Assembly: GCA_041483195.1 (NCBI GenBank)
Contig: JBGPFC010000020.1
Coordinates: forward strand, 9,855-73,854
Length of the DNA stretch: 64,000 bases
Direction of reading: 5' to 3'
Origin: Candidatus Eiseniibacteriota bacterium
GTDB taxonomy: Bacteria > Eisenbacteria > RBG-16-71-46
Shown here piece after piece: positions 1 through 10,155 of the stretch (position 1 is the first letter of the stretch; every line of letters starts with the position of its first letter). The notes under the pieces were generated by a model. That model had not been told where the DNA came from and made no database searches. It saw only the letters and a list, made by a program, of their open reading frames with translations. Both the position numbers and the translations under genes were made by a program.

Positions 1-447
1 AACGTCGCCAACTCGCTGCTCCTGAGCGCCGCGCTCACCGGCATGCATTGCACCGTGGCCGGACCCGCGGAGTTCGCGCCTCTCCCCGGCCCGATGGCCG
101 AGGCTCGAGCGCTGGCGGCCACGAGCGGCGCGCGGCTCGAGGCGACCCCCGATCTGGCGGCCGCGTGCGGGGGAGCGGACGTCGTCTACACCGACGTCTG
201 GACGAGCATGGGGCAGGAGAGCGAGACCCAGCGCCGGCGTGAAGCCTTCCGCGGGTATCAGGTGAACGAAGCGGTGATGCGGCTGGCGAAGCCCGACGCG
301 CTTCTGCTCCATTGTCTGCCCGCGCACTACGGCGAGGAGATCGACTACCCGACCTCGCGAACTCCGAACTCGGCGATCTTCGATCAGGCCGAGAATCGGC
401 TGCACGCGCAGAAGGCCCTCCTGGTGACGCTGGCCGGCGCCCGCTAG
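1..447 (+). CDS. argF: Ornithine carbamoyltransferase, 3' part (5' end outside window)
   Basis: Frame open from base 1 (NVANSL); YTDVWTSMG, HCLPAH and AENRLHAQK transcarbamylase motifs. Confidence 0.93.
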   Translation, partial: NVANSLLLSAALTGMHCTVAGPAEFAPLPGPMAEARALAATSGARLEATPDLAAACGGADVVYTDVWTSMGQESETQRRREAFRGYQVNEAVMRLAKPDALLLHCLPAHYGEEIDYPTSRTPNSAIFDQAENRLHAQKALLVTLAGAR

Positions 448-551
448 CGCAAGCCGCACCCACTTTGCGCTGTACGCGCACGGCCCCCGCGCCTAGACTT
501 TTCGCTTCAGCCCACTGCCGATTCCGTGAACCGGCACTGTGCGGAGGCCGC

Positions 552-1484
552 GTGTTCGTCCTGCGAATCACCCTTGCCATCGCCGCAACGTCTCTGCTGG
601 TTTCGATCGCCTCGGCGACCCAGCTCATCTTCGAGCCGGCCAGCGGCGGCTTCAGCGATTTCGTCGAATTGCCCCAGGGCTACGGCGACCGAGTGACGTC
701 GGCGAGCCAGGGCGGGTTCGCGTACGGAATCGCCGGCGGGCCGACGCCGAACGTCGTCGCGCGTTTCGGCTCTCCGCAGGGGATGGTCCCCCTCTACACC
801 TGGTCGACGAACTTCGGCGATCTGACCCACGTGCTGTTCGCGCAGGAGCCGGTGCCATTCGAGTTTCGGCTGATCGCGGACGCCGGATACGTGGTGAATC
901 TGGTGTCGTTCGACATGGCCGGATGGCCCTACCTCGACTTCCCATCCATCGCGTCGGTGAGCGTCGAGGATGGCGTCGGCAACGTTCTGTTCTCGCAGAC
1001 CCGAGTGCCGATCTACGGAACGACCCCGGGGCAGCAGCATTCCGCTTTCAACTTCACGGGGGTCGTGGCGAGCGAGCTTCGAATCAAGTACGACTCCACG
1101 ACGGACGGATTCGGGCAGGTCCTCGACAGCGATGACGTCGGCCTCGACAACATCACGTTCGGTCAGTCATCCACCGTTGACGTATCGCAATTCGGCGGCG
1201 CCACCTCGGATCGGCTGGCCGTGGTGGCGGGCCCGAGTCCCTTCAGGGATCGCGTGCGGCTCTCGGTCCAGCTGCCGCGCGCCGCGCACCTCAAGGTCGA
1301 CGTCTACGATCTGCACGGCTCCCGGGTGGCCGGGATCGAGGACGGGCCGGCCGGGGCCGGGGAGCACCACTACGAGTGGGATGGACGGGACGCCGCGGGC
1401 CGCATGCGCGGGGCCGGCGTCTACTGGGTGATGGCCTCGAGCGAGGGCCGGCGCGCGGCGAAATCGGTGGTGTTCATCCGCTGA
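552..1484 (+). CDS. Secreted protein with C-terminal FlgD Ig-like domain
   Basis: GGAGG then GTG at 552; signal peptide; C-terminal PSPF...VYDLHG...WDGRD...GVYW pattern. Confidence 0.8.
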   Translation: MFVLRITLAIAATSLLVSIASATQLIFEPASGGFSDFVELPQGYGDRVTSASQGGFAYGIAGGPTPNVVARFGSPQGMVPLYTWSTNFGDLTHVLFAQEPVPFEFRLIADAGYVVNLVSFDMAGWPYLDFPSIASVSVEDGVGNVLFSQTRVPIYGTTPGQQHSAFNFTGVVASELRIKYDSTTDGFGQVLDSDDVGLDNITFGQSSTVDVSQFGGATSDRLAVVAGPSPFRDRVRLSVQLPRAAHLKVDVYDLHGSRVAGIEDGPAGAGEHHYEWDGRDAAGRMRGAGVYWVMASSEGRRAAKSVVFIR

Positions 1485-1534
1485 GCCGGCCGTGACGGGC
1501 TCGGATCGCGCCGGGGACGCCACCACGGCAGGCA

Positions 1535-2680
1535 TCACCTTCGTCGCGGCCGCGCCCAGAAGAATGATTCGTCGTCGGTGAATGCATTCGCGGCTCGCTT
1601 CACCGACGTCGAGTCGATGGTCGCCAGGAGCTTGGGCCGGTACCCCGACGGCTCCAGGCACACCTCCCAGGCGCGTGGCGCCGAGAACTCGTAGCCGAAT
1701 GCGCTCACCAGCGGGGACGAGAAGCGAAACAGGTTCTTCGCCATGTAGTTGAGGTAGTGCGTTCGGGTGACAGGCTGCCCGTTCCAGTTGATCGTGTCGG
1801 GCACGCGAAGCGAGTCACCACGCACCATCGCCGCGCGCACCTCGGCGGGTCCGAGCACGCGACCCCGCCGGTCCGCAAACCACGCATCGTGGGTGGGGTC
1901 CATCATCACCCAGCGCGACTCCCGCGGCAGCCAGACGATGTCGACCACGTGGCAGTCCGTATCCTCGAGGTCCGCGGGCAGACAGGTGAGAATCCGCGAC
2001 CGATAGCCGCTCGCCAGGTAGACCTCGTTGAGGATCGTGCCGAGACCCCGGCAATTGCAGGTGGCGCCCTCGCGCGTGCTCACGTCGAGCAGATGCAACG
2101 CATTCAGGGGAAGGGGATTCTCGCGGGTTCCGTCGTGACGCACCCGGCCATGCACCCAGTGCATCAGGCGGAGCATGCGGGACAAGTCGTCGCCCGTTCC
2201 GGCCACGCCCGCGAGGTCGTACTGAAGCCGCAGGCGGACCAGCGGGGAATCCGCGGGCGAGGAGTACGTGAAGCGACCCAGCGTGGCGGGACGCCGGTGC
2301 CCGAAGCGGGCGTTCCCGCGGAGCAGGGCGAGCTTCGTGCTGTCCTCTTCCTCCTCACGAACGTGGAAGAAGACATGGAACGTCGTGTCGGGTCCGGAGG
2401 CGAAGTAGAGGGACATCGGCGTCCGGGATATCGGGACGACCGCCGTGTCGAGCGCGGTGACGAGCCGAACGGGGGACTCGCTCACGACCCGCAGGGTGTC
2501 GGTGATCGCGAGCTTCGAGACCGCGATCGGCACGCGCAACGTGTCGGCGTGAACCCAGATCGTGTCGTTCAGCGTGCGGATGACCCGCACGCCGCTCTTC
2601 AGGACCGGGGCGCCGGTCGCGAGCGTGGCGGACAACACGATGGCGGTGACCGTGAACTGGACGGGCCGTGAGTAACCCAT
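1535..2680 (-). CDS. Secreted transglutaminase-like (papain-fold) protein
   Basis: Signal-like N-terminus; Cys-His-Asp triad context CNCRG / CHVV / WVMMDP; start uncertain. Confidence 0.8.
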   Translation of the reverse strand: MGYSRPVQFTVTAIVLSATLATGAPVLKSGVRVIRTLNDTIWVHADTLRVPIAVSKLAITDTLRVVSESPVRLVTALDTAVVPISRTPMSLYFASGPDTTFHVFFHVREEEEDSTKLALLRGNARFGHRRPATLGRFTYSSPADSPLVRLRLQYDLAGVAGTGDDLSRMLRLMHWVHGRVRHDGTRENPLPLNALHLLDVSTREGATCNCRGLGTILNEVYLASGYRSRILTCLPADLEDTDCHVVDIVWLPRESRWVMMDPTHDAWFADRRGRVLGPAEVRAAMVRGDSLRVPDTINWNGQPVTRTHYLNYMAKNLFRFSSPLVSAFGYEFSAPRAWEVCLEPSGYRPKLLATIDSTSVKRAANAFTDDESFFWARPRRR

Positions 2681-2913
2681 GTGGGGCCTCCGCGCCGTGA
2701 GCCGCGAACCGGGGGGTCGCTTCGCCATACGGCAATGGCCACCCCGCGGTTGCCTCGCATGAACCCGTTTCCGCGCGGGCCGGAGGTCGTGGAGCGAGCG
2801 AGTCGCGGTGGTTCGATAGCAGCTTCGAATCCCGCCGGACCTCACGCGGTGGGCGAGCGGGTGTAGTCTCCCCGCCACGCGGTTGACCCGACGCCAGCCA
2901 TGGAGGTACCTCG

Positions 2914-5082
2914 ATGCGCTCGCCCGTTCGATTCGTGCCGCTCTTGCTGCTCCTCGTCGCCGCCGTCTCCGGGAACGCGCTCGCGCAGTGGAGCTATCCG
3001 CCCACGCATGCGACGCCCGTGACCGACACGTACTTCGGAGTCTCGGTGACGGACTCCTACCGATGGCTCGAGAACGTCGACGACCCCGGCGTCAGGAGCT
3101 GGCTCAAGGCGCAGGCCGACTTCACGGCGGGGATCCTCGACCGGATCCCGGGCCGCGACTCGCTGCTCGCCGACTTCGTGCGGCTCGACGCCATGAAGCC
3201 CGCGAACATCTCGTCGGTGACGCGCAAGAACGGGCGCTACTTCTACAAGAAGACGCTGGCCTCCGAACGGGTGGGCCGGCTCTTCTACCGCGAAGGAATC
3301 CAGGGCAAGGAGACCCTGCTCTTCGATCCCACGGCGGGCGCGGGCGGCAAGAGCGTTTCGATCTCGTTCTACGAGGTCACCGAGGACGGGAAGAAGGTCG
3401 CCATCGGGGTCGCCGAGGAGGGATCGGAATCGGCGACGATCCGCATCCTGAACGTGGACACCGGCCGGTTCTACCCGGAGTCGATCGCGCCCTGCTGGCA
3501 GGGAGTCGGCGGATGGACGAAGGACGGGCTGGGCTTCACGTACAACCTGATGAACTCGACCGACGTCCATGCCATCGACCGCGAGCTGAACACGAAGACG
3601 TATTATCACGCGGTCGGCACGGACCAGAAGCGCGACGCCGAGATCCTGTCGGCCGCCAGGTACCCGGCGCTCGGAATGAAGCCGCAGGACATTCCGCTGG
3701 TCACCTTCAGCGCCGACTTCCGCTGGATCTTCGCCATCGCGGCCTCCGTTCAGAACGAGCTGACGCTGTTCGTCGCGCCCGCCGGCGAGCTGCTGGGCGA
3801 GCGCATCGCGTGGAGGCCGCTGCTCAAGCCCGACGACGGCGTCGTCTCGTTCGTCACCCACGGGGACGAGGCCTATCTCCTCTCCCACGAGGGTGCGGCG
3901 CGCTACAAGATCGTCGCGACCAGCCTGCTCACGCCCGACGTGGCCGGGGCCGCGGAGATCATGCCTCAGGGCCCCACCACCATCGACGGCCTCGTCGACA
4001 TGAAGGACTACCTGCTCGCGACGACCACGGATGGGATCAACAACCGCCTCTATCGTTACGCCTTCGCGGACCGGAAGTGGGAGGAGGTCGCGCTGCCGCG
4101 CAAGGGAACGGCGCTCGTCAGTAACTTCGACATCACGTCGAACGACGGCCAGGTGATCCTCTCGTCGTGGAGCAAGCCGACCGAACGCTACGAAATCGAC
4201 GCGGCGAAGGGCGCGCTGGCGCTGAGCGCGCTGAACGTTCCCGTCACCTACCCCGGGACCGACGACATCGTCGTCGAAGAGGTCGAGGCTCCCGGCCAGG
4301 ACGGAACGCCCGTTCCCCTTTCGATCGTCTACAACCGCAAGCTCGTCCGCGACGGCTCGGCCAACTGCTACCTGACCGGCTACGGGGCCTATGGAATCTC
4401 GAACCCGCCGTACTTCGATCTCATGAATCTCGGGCTCGTCAATCGCGGGGTGATCGTCGCGACCGCGCACGTCCGGGGCGGCGGCGAGAAGGGCCACGAC
4501 TGGTACCAGGCGGGCTACAAGGCCACCAAGCCGAACACCTGGAGGGACTTCATCTCGTGCGCGGAGTACCTCGAGAGGAATCGATATTCGAGCCCGGAGA
4601 AACTGTTCGGCGAGGGCACGAGCGCGGGCGGCGTGCTGATCGGCCGCGCCATCACCGAGCGCCCCGACGTGTTCGGCGCGGCGATCTGCAACGTGCCATG
4701 CGCGAACATGCTGCGCGAGGAGAACTCGCCGAACGGGCCGATCAACGTGCCGGAGTTCGGCACGGTCAAGGACTCCGCGGAGTGCAGGGCGGTGCTCGAG
4801 ATGGACGCGCTCTCGCACGTGCGTCCCGGGACGAGGTACCCCGCGGTCATCTGCGTCGGGGGCCTCAACGACCCGCGCGTGATCGTCTGGCAACCGGCGA
4901 AGTTCGCGGCAGCGCTCCAGGGCGCGACCTCATCCGGCAGGCCGGTGCTGCTGCAGGTCAACTACGACAGCGGCCATTTTACCGAGGACAAGAAGGTCAC
5001 GTTCCGGAACTGGGCGAACATGTTCTCGTTCTGCCTGTGGCAGACCGGGCATCCGCAGTTCAAGATGGCGGGGCCCAACTGA
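2914..5082 (+). CDS. Prolyl oligopeptidase (S9A), secreted
   Basis: DSYRWLE, GYGAYG, RGGGE, GTSAGG nucleophile, NDPRV and SGH motifs; GGAGG RBS. Confidence 0.95.
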   Translation: MRSPVRFVPLLLLLVAAVSGNALAQWSYPPTHATPVTDTYFGVSVTDSYRWLENVDDPGVRSWLKAQADFTAGILDRIPGRDSLLADFVRLDAMKPANISSVTRKNGRYFYKKTLASERVGRLFYREGIQGKETLLFDPTAGAGGKSVSISFYEVTEDGKKVAIGVAEEGSESATIRILNVDTGRFYPESIAPCWQGVGGWTKDGLGFTYNLMNSTDVHAIDRELNTKTYYHAVGTDQKRDAEILSAARYPALGMKPQDIPLVTFSADFRWIFAIAASVQNELTLFVAPAGELLGERIAWRPLLKPDDGVVSFVTHGDEAYLLSHEGAARYKIVATSLLTPDVAGAAEIMPQGPTTIDGLVDMKDYLLATTTDGINNRLYRYAFADRKWEEVALPRKGTALVSNFDITSNDGQVILSSWSKPTERYEIDAAKGALALSALNVPVTYPGTDDIVVEEVEAPGQDGTPVPLSIVYNRKLVRDGSANCYLTGYGAYGISNPPYFDLMNLGLVNRGVIVATAHVRGGGEKGHDWYQAGYKATKPNTWRDFISCAEYLERNRYSSPEKLFGEGTSAGGVLIGRAITERPDVFGAAICNVPCANMLREENSPNGPINVPEFGTVKDSAECRAVLEMDALSHVRPGTRYPAVICVGGLNDPRVIVWQPAKFAAALQGATSSGRPVLLQVNYDSGHFTEDKKVTFRNWANMFSFCLWQTGHPQFKMAGPN

Positions 5083-5092
5083 GATCCGAACG

Positions 5093-6376
5093 GTGAGCGT
5101 CTCCGCGGGCTGGTGGCGTGAGATCACCCGCTACCAGTGGCTCGTGCTGCTGGTGGCGTGGATGGGCTGGGTGTTCGACTCCATGGACGCCACCCTCTAC
5201 GTCGTGGTGCTGACGCCGGCGCTCAAGGCGCTGATCGGCGCGGGAGTGTCGGACGCCGCGATCGCCGCGCGCGGCGGGCAGATCCTCGCGGTGTTCCTGA
5301 TCGGCTGGGCCATCGGGGGCGTGCTGTTCGGCGTGTTCGCCGACCGCGTCGGGCGCACGCAGGCGCTGATATGGACCATCCTGATCTATGCGGTGTTCAC
5401 CGGCGCGGCGGCGCTGTCGCGCACCTGGTGGCACCTGATGCTGTTCCGCTTCCTCACCGCGATCGGCGTCGGAGGGGAATGGGCGGCGGGCGCTGCGCTG
5501 GTCGCCGAGGTGTGGCCGCACCGGGCGCGAACCATCGCAGCGGGCATCCTCCAGTCCGCGTGGGCGGTCGGCGTGTTCCTGGCCGCCTCGATCAACTACA
5601 CGATCGGGGCCAGGAGCTGGCGCCTGGTGTTCCTCGTCGGCGTGCTGCCGGCGCTGGTGGCGCTGATCGTTCGCCGCAACGTGCGCGAGCCCGAGATGTG
5701 GAGCGTCGCGGTGAAGGGCCGGATGACCGCGGCCGGCGCGGCGTTCTCGGCGGGGCGGCTGCGCGAGCTGTTCCAGCCCGGGCTGCTTCGCCCGACGCTG
5801 GTCGGCTTCGCGCTGGCGTTCACCGCGGTGTTCGGCCTGTGGGGCGTGACTTACTGGACGCCGGTCCTGATCCGCCACGCGCCCGACGCCGCGCGCATCG
5901 CGGAGGCGCTCACGGTGCAGCGCGTGAGCATCGGCGTCATGGTCTTGAACCTCGGCGCGCTGCTCGGCTACCTGGTGTTCGCGCCGCTCACCGGCCGGGT
6001 CGGCAGGCGATGGGCGTTCTTCGCGTACTTCCTCGGCTCGCTCGTGATGGTGCCGGTGATGTTCCTCGGGGTTCGCAGCTACACCCAGATCCTGTGGCTG
6101 CTGCCGCCGCTCGGATTCTTCACCAACGGAGTCTTCACCGGCTTCGCGATCTACTTTCCGGAGCTCTATCCGACCCGGCTCCGTGGCACCGGCTCGGGTT
6201 TCTGTTTCAACTCGGCGCGCGTGTTCGCGTCGACCGGGCCGTTCCTCACCGGCGCCCTCACCGGGTTGTTCGGCTCTTTCAACCACGCGGTGACGGCGGT
6301 GGGCATGGTCTACCTGCTCGGCATGATCGTGCTGCCGTTCGCTCCGGAGACCAGGGGACGAGAGCTGCCGGCGTAG
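5093..6376 (+). CDS. MFS transporter
   Basis: About 12 hydrophobic segments; motif A ADRVGR; GVGGEW; ELYPTRLRG. Confidence 0.93.
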   Translation: MSVSAGWWREITRYQWLVLLVAWMGWVFDSMDATLYVVVLTPALKALIGAGVSDAAIAARGGQILAVFLIGWAIGGVLFGVFADRVGRTQALIWTILIYAVFTGAAALSRTWWHLMLFRFLTAIGVGGEWAAGAALVAEVWPHRARTIAAGILQSAWAVGVFLAASINYTIGARSWRLVFLVGVLPALVALIVRRNVREPEMWSVAVKGRMTAAGAAFSAGRLRELFQPGLLRPTLVGFALAFTAVFGLWGVTYWTPVLIRHAPDAARIAEALTVQRVSIGVMVLNLGALLGYLVFAPLTGRVGRRWAFFAYFLGSLVMVPVMFLGVRSYTQILWLLPPLGFFTNGVFTGFAIYFPELYPTRLRGTGSGFCFNSARVFASTGPFLTGALTGLFGSFNHAVTAVGMVYLLGMIVLPFAPETRGRELPA

Positions 6377-6393
6377 CGCGCGGCTCCCTCCGA

Positions 6394-7461
6394 TCAGAAC
6401 TCGACGACCCGGAACAGCTTCTCAGCCTCCGGCTGGAGCTGGAAGCGCCGCCTCAGCGAGCGCTCCACCCACACCGTGTCCACGCCTTCCGCGCCCGGCT
6501 CCACGATCACCGCCGCGATGTCCTCGCGCGCCTTCGCGACGCGTCTGGCGGCGGCGGCGCCGAGCGCGAACAGCGGCGTGTCCCACGCGTCGGTGACGTA
6601 GCCGTTCTTCGCGACCACGGTCACCGCCAGCAGTCCCTCGGCCGGGCGCCCCGTGCGCGGATCCATGATGTGGCCGTAGCGCTTCCCGTTCGCGCTCACG
6701 AACTGCTCGTAGTCGGCCGAGGTGGAGACGCCCTGGTCCGAGAGATCGAGGTGCGCGAAGAACGGCATCCGATCGCGCGGATCGCGGATGCCGATCCGCC
6801 AGTAGGGCGCCCCGGGCGGATGGCCGATCGCGTCCATGTTGCCGGACAGATCCACGAGCGCATCGCGAATGCCGTGCGCCCGGATCGACTCCGCCACGGC
6901 GTGCACCGCGTAGCCCTTCGCGATCCCCCCCAGGTCGATCTGCACCCCCGCTCGATCGAAGCGGATCGTGCGCGCCCGGGGGTCGAAGCGCACGTGATTC
7001 GCGCCGACCCGCCGGAACGCTGACGCGATCTCGGCGTCGGATGGCACGTGCGGCTTCCCGCCGAGAAAGCCCCACGCCCGGATCAGCGGCTCGACCGTGA
7101 TGTCGAAGGCGTGCTGGCTCGCGCGCCACACCTCGAGCGAGTAGGCGATCACGCCCGCCACCTCGGGCTCCACCCGCACCGTCTGGCCGTAGGCCTCGCG
7201 ATTGATGCGCGCCACCTCGCTGGTGGTGGTCCAGTTGCTCATGAGCGAGTCCTCGCGGGCGAATGTCGCGTGCGCGAGGCGCGCCACCTCAGCGCTCGCC
7301 GCCGAATCCCCGGTGACGAGCGTGACGTTGGAGTAGGTGCCCATGGTGCGCCCGGGGTACGAGACCACGCGCGGCTCACCCGAATCCGCGGCGCGCGCGA
7401 GGGCGAGCCATGCGGCCACCGTGGCGCAGGCGAGGCGGCGGATCGTCCTTGAACCGGGCAT
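6394..7461 (-). CDS. apbE: FAD:protein FMN transferase
   Basis: TMGT, FDITV, IDLGGIAKGYAV, STSADYE and HIMDPRTG motifs. Confidence 0.93.
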   Translation of the reverse strand: MPGSRTIRRLACATVAAWLALARAADSGEPRVVSYPGRTMGTYSNVTLVTGDSAASAEVARLAHATFAREDSLMSNWTTTSEVARINREAYGQTVRVEPEVAGVIAYSLEVWRASQHAFDITVEPLIRAWGFLGGKPHVPSDAEIASAFRRVGANHVRFDPRARTIRFDRAGVQIDLGGIAKGYAVHAVAESIRAHGIRDALVDLSGNMDAIGHPPGAPYWRIGIRDPRDRMPFFAHLDLSDQGVSTSADYEQFVSANGKRYGHIMDPRTGRPAEGLLAVTVVAKNGYVTDAWDTPLFALGAAAARRVAKAREDIAAVIVEPGAEGVDTVWVERSLRRRFQLQPEAEKLFRVVEF

Positions 7462-7483
7462 GGTCTCGAGCTCCCTCTCGCGT

Positions 7484-7528
7484 TCGGCGCGGAGCCGCTC
7501 GGCCCGAAGGCTCGAGGCTCCGCGCCGA
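7484..7528. terminator. Intergenic stem-loop
   Basis: 13-bp inverted repeat TCGGCGCGGAGCC / GGCTCCGCGCCGA. Confidence 0.45.
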
Positions 7529-7538
7529 CGAACGCCGC

Positions 7539-8219
7539 CTATGCGAGCGCGGCCCGCCGATTCCGGATCACGAACCCGGAGCCGACGATGACGAGGAGCA
7601 GGGCGGCCAGCGCCGCGCCCCACGCGCCCAGCATCGGAGCGGTGAACGAGAACGGCCCCTGCATGAAGAACTCGTTGGTCGTGTCTCCGTATCGCGCATG
7701 GCCGTCATCGCTCAACCAGGTGGATACGGTCTTCCCCACCGGGTCGTCGCCGTTCGTGTCGTACTCGACCACGACACAGAAGTCGAAGCTGCCGGAGCCA
7801 TTGACCGACGGCACGTCGTTCGTCTTGAACTGGTGCCACACTCCTCCGGGCGGGGCCGGATGGACGCCATCCACCTCGCATCCGCCGGGCGGGCATGGCA
7901 CCTCCTCCGCGAGGATGGTCGTGCCACCGACGACCAGCAGGTTTCCCTGCGGGTTCAGCACGAACACGCCGTGAAGGGTCCAGCCCGCAGGGGCCTCGGT
8001 GCCGATCACCATCGCGGAGGGCTCGCTAACGGATCCGTCGAACTTCGTGCACTTGAGGCCGACCGTGCAGTTCTCGATGTTCGGGTTGTTGGTCTTCTTC
8101 GTCCACGTCGTCGTGCCCGTCGAGGTCCAGGTGTTGGTCGCCGCGCCCGATGCCGTCGACGAGCTGGCGACGACGATTGCAGCCGACGCGACGACCAGGG
8201 AAAGCGTTTTCGAACTCAT
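7539..8219 (-). CDS. Secreted Cys-containing protein with IPTL-CTERM-like membrane anchor
   Basis: Signal peptide; C-terminus APMLGAWG + hydrophobic helix + RNRR; GGAG RBS. Confidence 0.75.
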   Translation of the reverse strand: MSSKTLSLVVASAAIVVASSSTASGAATNTWTSTGTTTWTKKTNNPNIENCTVGLKCTKFDGSVSEPSAMVIGTEAPAGWTLHGVFVLNPQGNLLVVGGTTILAEEVPCPPGGCEVDGVHPAPPGGVWHQFKTNDVPSVNGSGSFDFCVVVEYDTNGDDPVGKTVSTWLSDDGHARYGDTTNEFFMQGPFSFTAPMLGAWGAALAALLLVIVGSGFVIRNRRAALA

Positions 8220-8444
8220 CTCCAGCTTCTCCGTCGTTGAACTGCGGCCCTTCGGTGTCCATCGATCTGACTGAGAAGCCGGGGCTCCGTGCGGTCCTGC
8301 CTTCCCGGCCGGCGGCGATTATGCCCGAGAGCGCCCGCCCGGGCACGACTTCTTTCTCGCGCTTTCGTGTAACCTCCGCCCACGTGGCGCGAGGCGCCTT
8401 CACCGCACGCCGCGGCGAGCAGGACATCACACCCGGAGGTCCGC

Positions 8445-9776
8445 ATGCTTTCACGCCGAGAGTTCCTGGCCGCCGGTCTCACGACCGCGGCCACCGCCCT
8501 GGCGCCCGGGGCCCTTCGCGCCGCGATCGAGAAACATTCGTCGCCGCTGCCCGGGCTCTCCACCTGGTCCAGCGTCCGCGAGCAGTTCTCGCTCGCGCCC
8601 GGGCAGCTTCACTTCGCGAGCTTCTACCTGGCGTCCCACCCGAAGCCGGTCCGCGACGCGATCGATGCGTTTCGCCGCACCCTCGACGCTGAGCCGTTTC
8701 TGGTCGTCGATCACAGGATGTTCACGGACTCGCCGGACAACGTGCAGATGCTGATCCGGAACGACATCTCGGGATACCTCGGGGCACGGCCCGACGAGAT
8801 CGCGCTCACGGCCAACACCACCACCGGGCTCGCGATGGTGTATGCCGGGCTCCCGCTGCGGGCGGGCGACGAGATCCTCACCACCACGCACGATCACTAC
8901 TCGCATCACGAGGCGATCCGCTTCGCGGCCGCGAAGGCGGGGGTGAGCATGCGCAAGGTGCCGCTCTACGATCGGGCGTCGCATGTGACCACGGCCGAGG
9001 CCGCGGAGAAGCTGGCCGCCGCGATCCGGCCCAACACGCGGGCGGTCGGCGTCACCTGGGTGCATTCCAGCACCGGCGTGCGCCTGCCGATTCGCGCGCT
9101 CGCCGACGTGGTCCGCGACGCGAACCGGGGGCGCGACGAGCATGACCAGGCGCTGCTGGTGGTGGACGGCGTCCACGGCCTGGGCGCCGTCGACGAATCG
9201 GTCTCGGCGCTGGGCTGCGATTTCTTCGCGGCGGGAACGCACAAGTGGATGTTCGCGCCGCGTGGCACCGGGATATTGTGGGGCCGTGCCGACCGCTGGC
9301 CGCGGCTGCGGCCGACGATCCCCACCTTCGCGAGCCTCGACGCTTTCAACGCGTGGATGCGCGAGGACACCGCGCCGCGGCCGACCACGGCGTTCGACAT
9401 GAGCCCGGGCGGCTTCCACGCGTTCGAGCACCAGTGGGCGATGACCGCTGCGTTCGCGTTTCACGAGCGGATCGGCCGCGCACGGGTCGCGCGGCGAATT
9501 CGCGATCTGAACGATCGCTGCAAGGCGGGCCTCGCCGCGATGCGACGCGTCACGCTCCACACGCCGCGCGACCCCGAGCTCTCGGCGGGGCTCGTCGCGT
9601 TCGAGGTGGACGGCGTGTCCCCCGAGGACGTCGTCAAGCGGTTGCTCGCGCGGCGCATCGTCGCGAGCACCAGCCCCTATCGCGTCACCTACGCGCGACT
9701 CGCCCCGAGCCTGGTCAACGATCCGGCGGAGGTCGACCGGGCGCTCGAGGCGGTGCGGGCGATCGCGGGGGGATGA
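8445..9776 (+). CDS. Tat-exported class V PLP aminotransferase (isopenicillin-N epimerase/PvdN-like)
   Basis: SRREFL twin-arginine signal; NTTTG, VDGVHG and GTHKW (PLP Lys) motifs. Confidence 0.9.
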   Translation: MLSRREFLAAGLTTAATALAPGALRAAIEKHSSPLPGLSTWSSVREQFSLAPGQLHFASFYLASHPKPVRDAIDAFRRTLDAEPFLVVDHRMFTDSPDNVQMLIRNDISGYLGARPDEIALTANTTTGLAMVYAGLPLRAGDEILTTTHDHYSHHEAIRFAAAKAGVSMRKVPLYDRASHVTTAEAAEKLAAAIRPNTRAVGVTWVHSSTGVRLPIRALADVVRDANRGRDEHDQALLVVDGVHGLGAVDESVSALGCDFFAAGTHKWMFAPRGTGILWGRADRWPRLRPTIPTFASLDAFNAWMREDTAPRPTTAFDMSPGGFHAFEHQWAMTAAFAFHERIGRARVARRIRDLNDRCKAGLAAMRRVTLHTPRDPELSAGLVAFEVDGVSPEDVVKRLLARRIVASTSPYRVTYARLAPSLVNDPAEVDRALEAVRAIAGG

Positions 9777-9948
9777 GCGCGACTCGGACGGCGCTCGGCG
9801 ACCGGATCGGCGCGCTCGCGCGACAACCGGCAGGCCGTGGTTTACGCTCGCGGCGTCCTGGTGCGGGCGCCGGACGACGCCAACGGGCGGAATCTCGAAG
9901 ACCCGATCAAACGGTGGAGCGCTCCGGCGAAACCATGGGGAGGAACGC

Positions 9949-10155
9949 GTGGACCTGCAGAATTATCTGATCTCGATCCTGATCTCGCTCGCCGTCGGCC
10001 TCGTGGGTTTCGTCATCGCCTACAAGATCTTCGACTGGCTCACGCCCGGCGTGCACTTCGCGGATCAGCTCAAGGCCGACAACCGCGCGGTGGGGATCTT
10101 CCTCGCGGGGCTCTTCATCGGGCTCGGCATCCTGCTGGGGAGCGCGGTCAAGTGA
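9949..10155 (+). CDS. Small two-TM membrane protein (DUF350-like)
   Basis: GGAGG RBS; FDWLTP...NRAVGI pattern. Confidence 0.75.
   Translation: MDLQNYLISILISLAVGLVGFVIAYKIFDWLTPGVHFADQLKADNRAVGIFLAGLFIGLGILLGSAVK

Noticed and set aside
8140..8170. ApbE flavinylation motif in the gene next to apbE (STASGAAT)
   Set aside because: Does not fit D-x-x-[ST]-G-A-[ST] and lies at the signal-peptide cleavage region.
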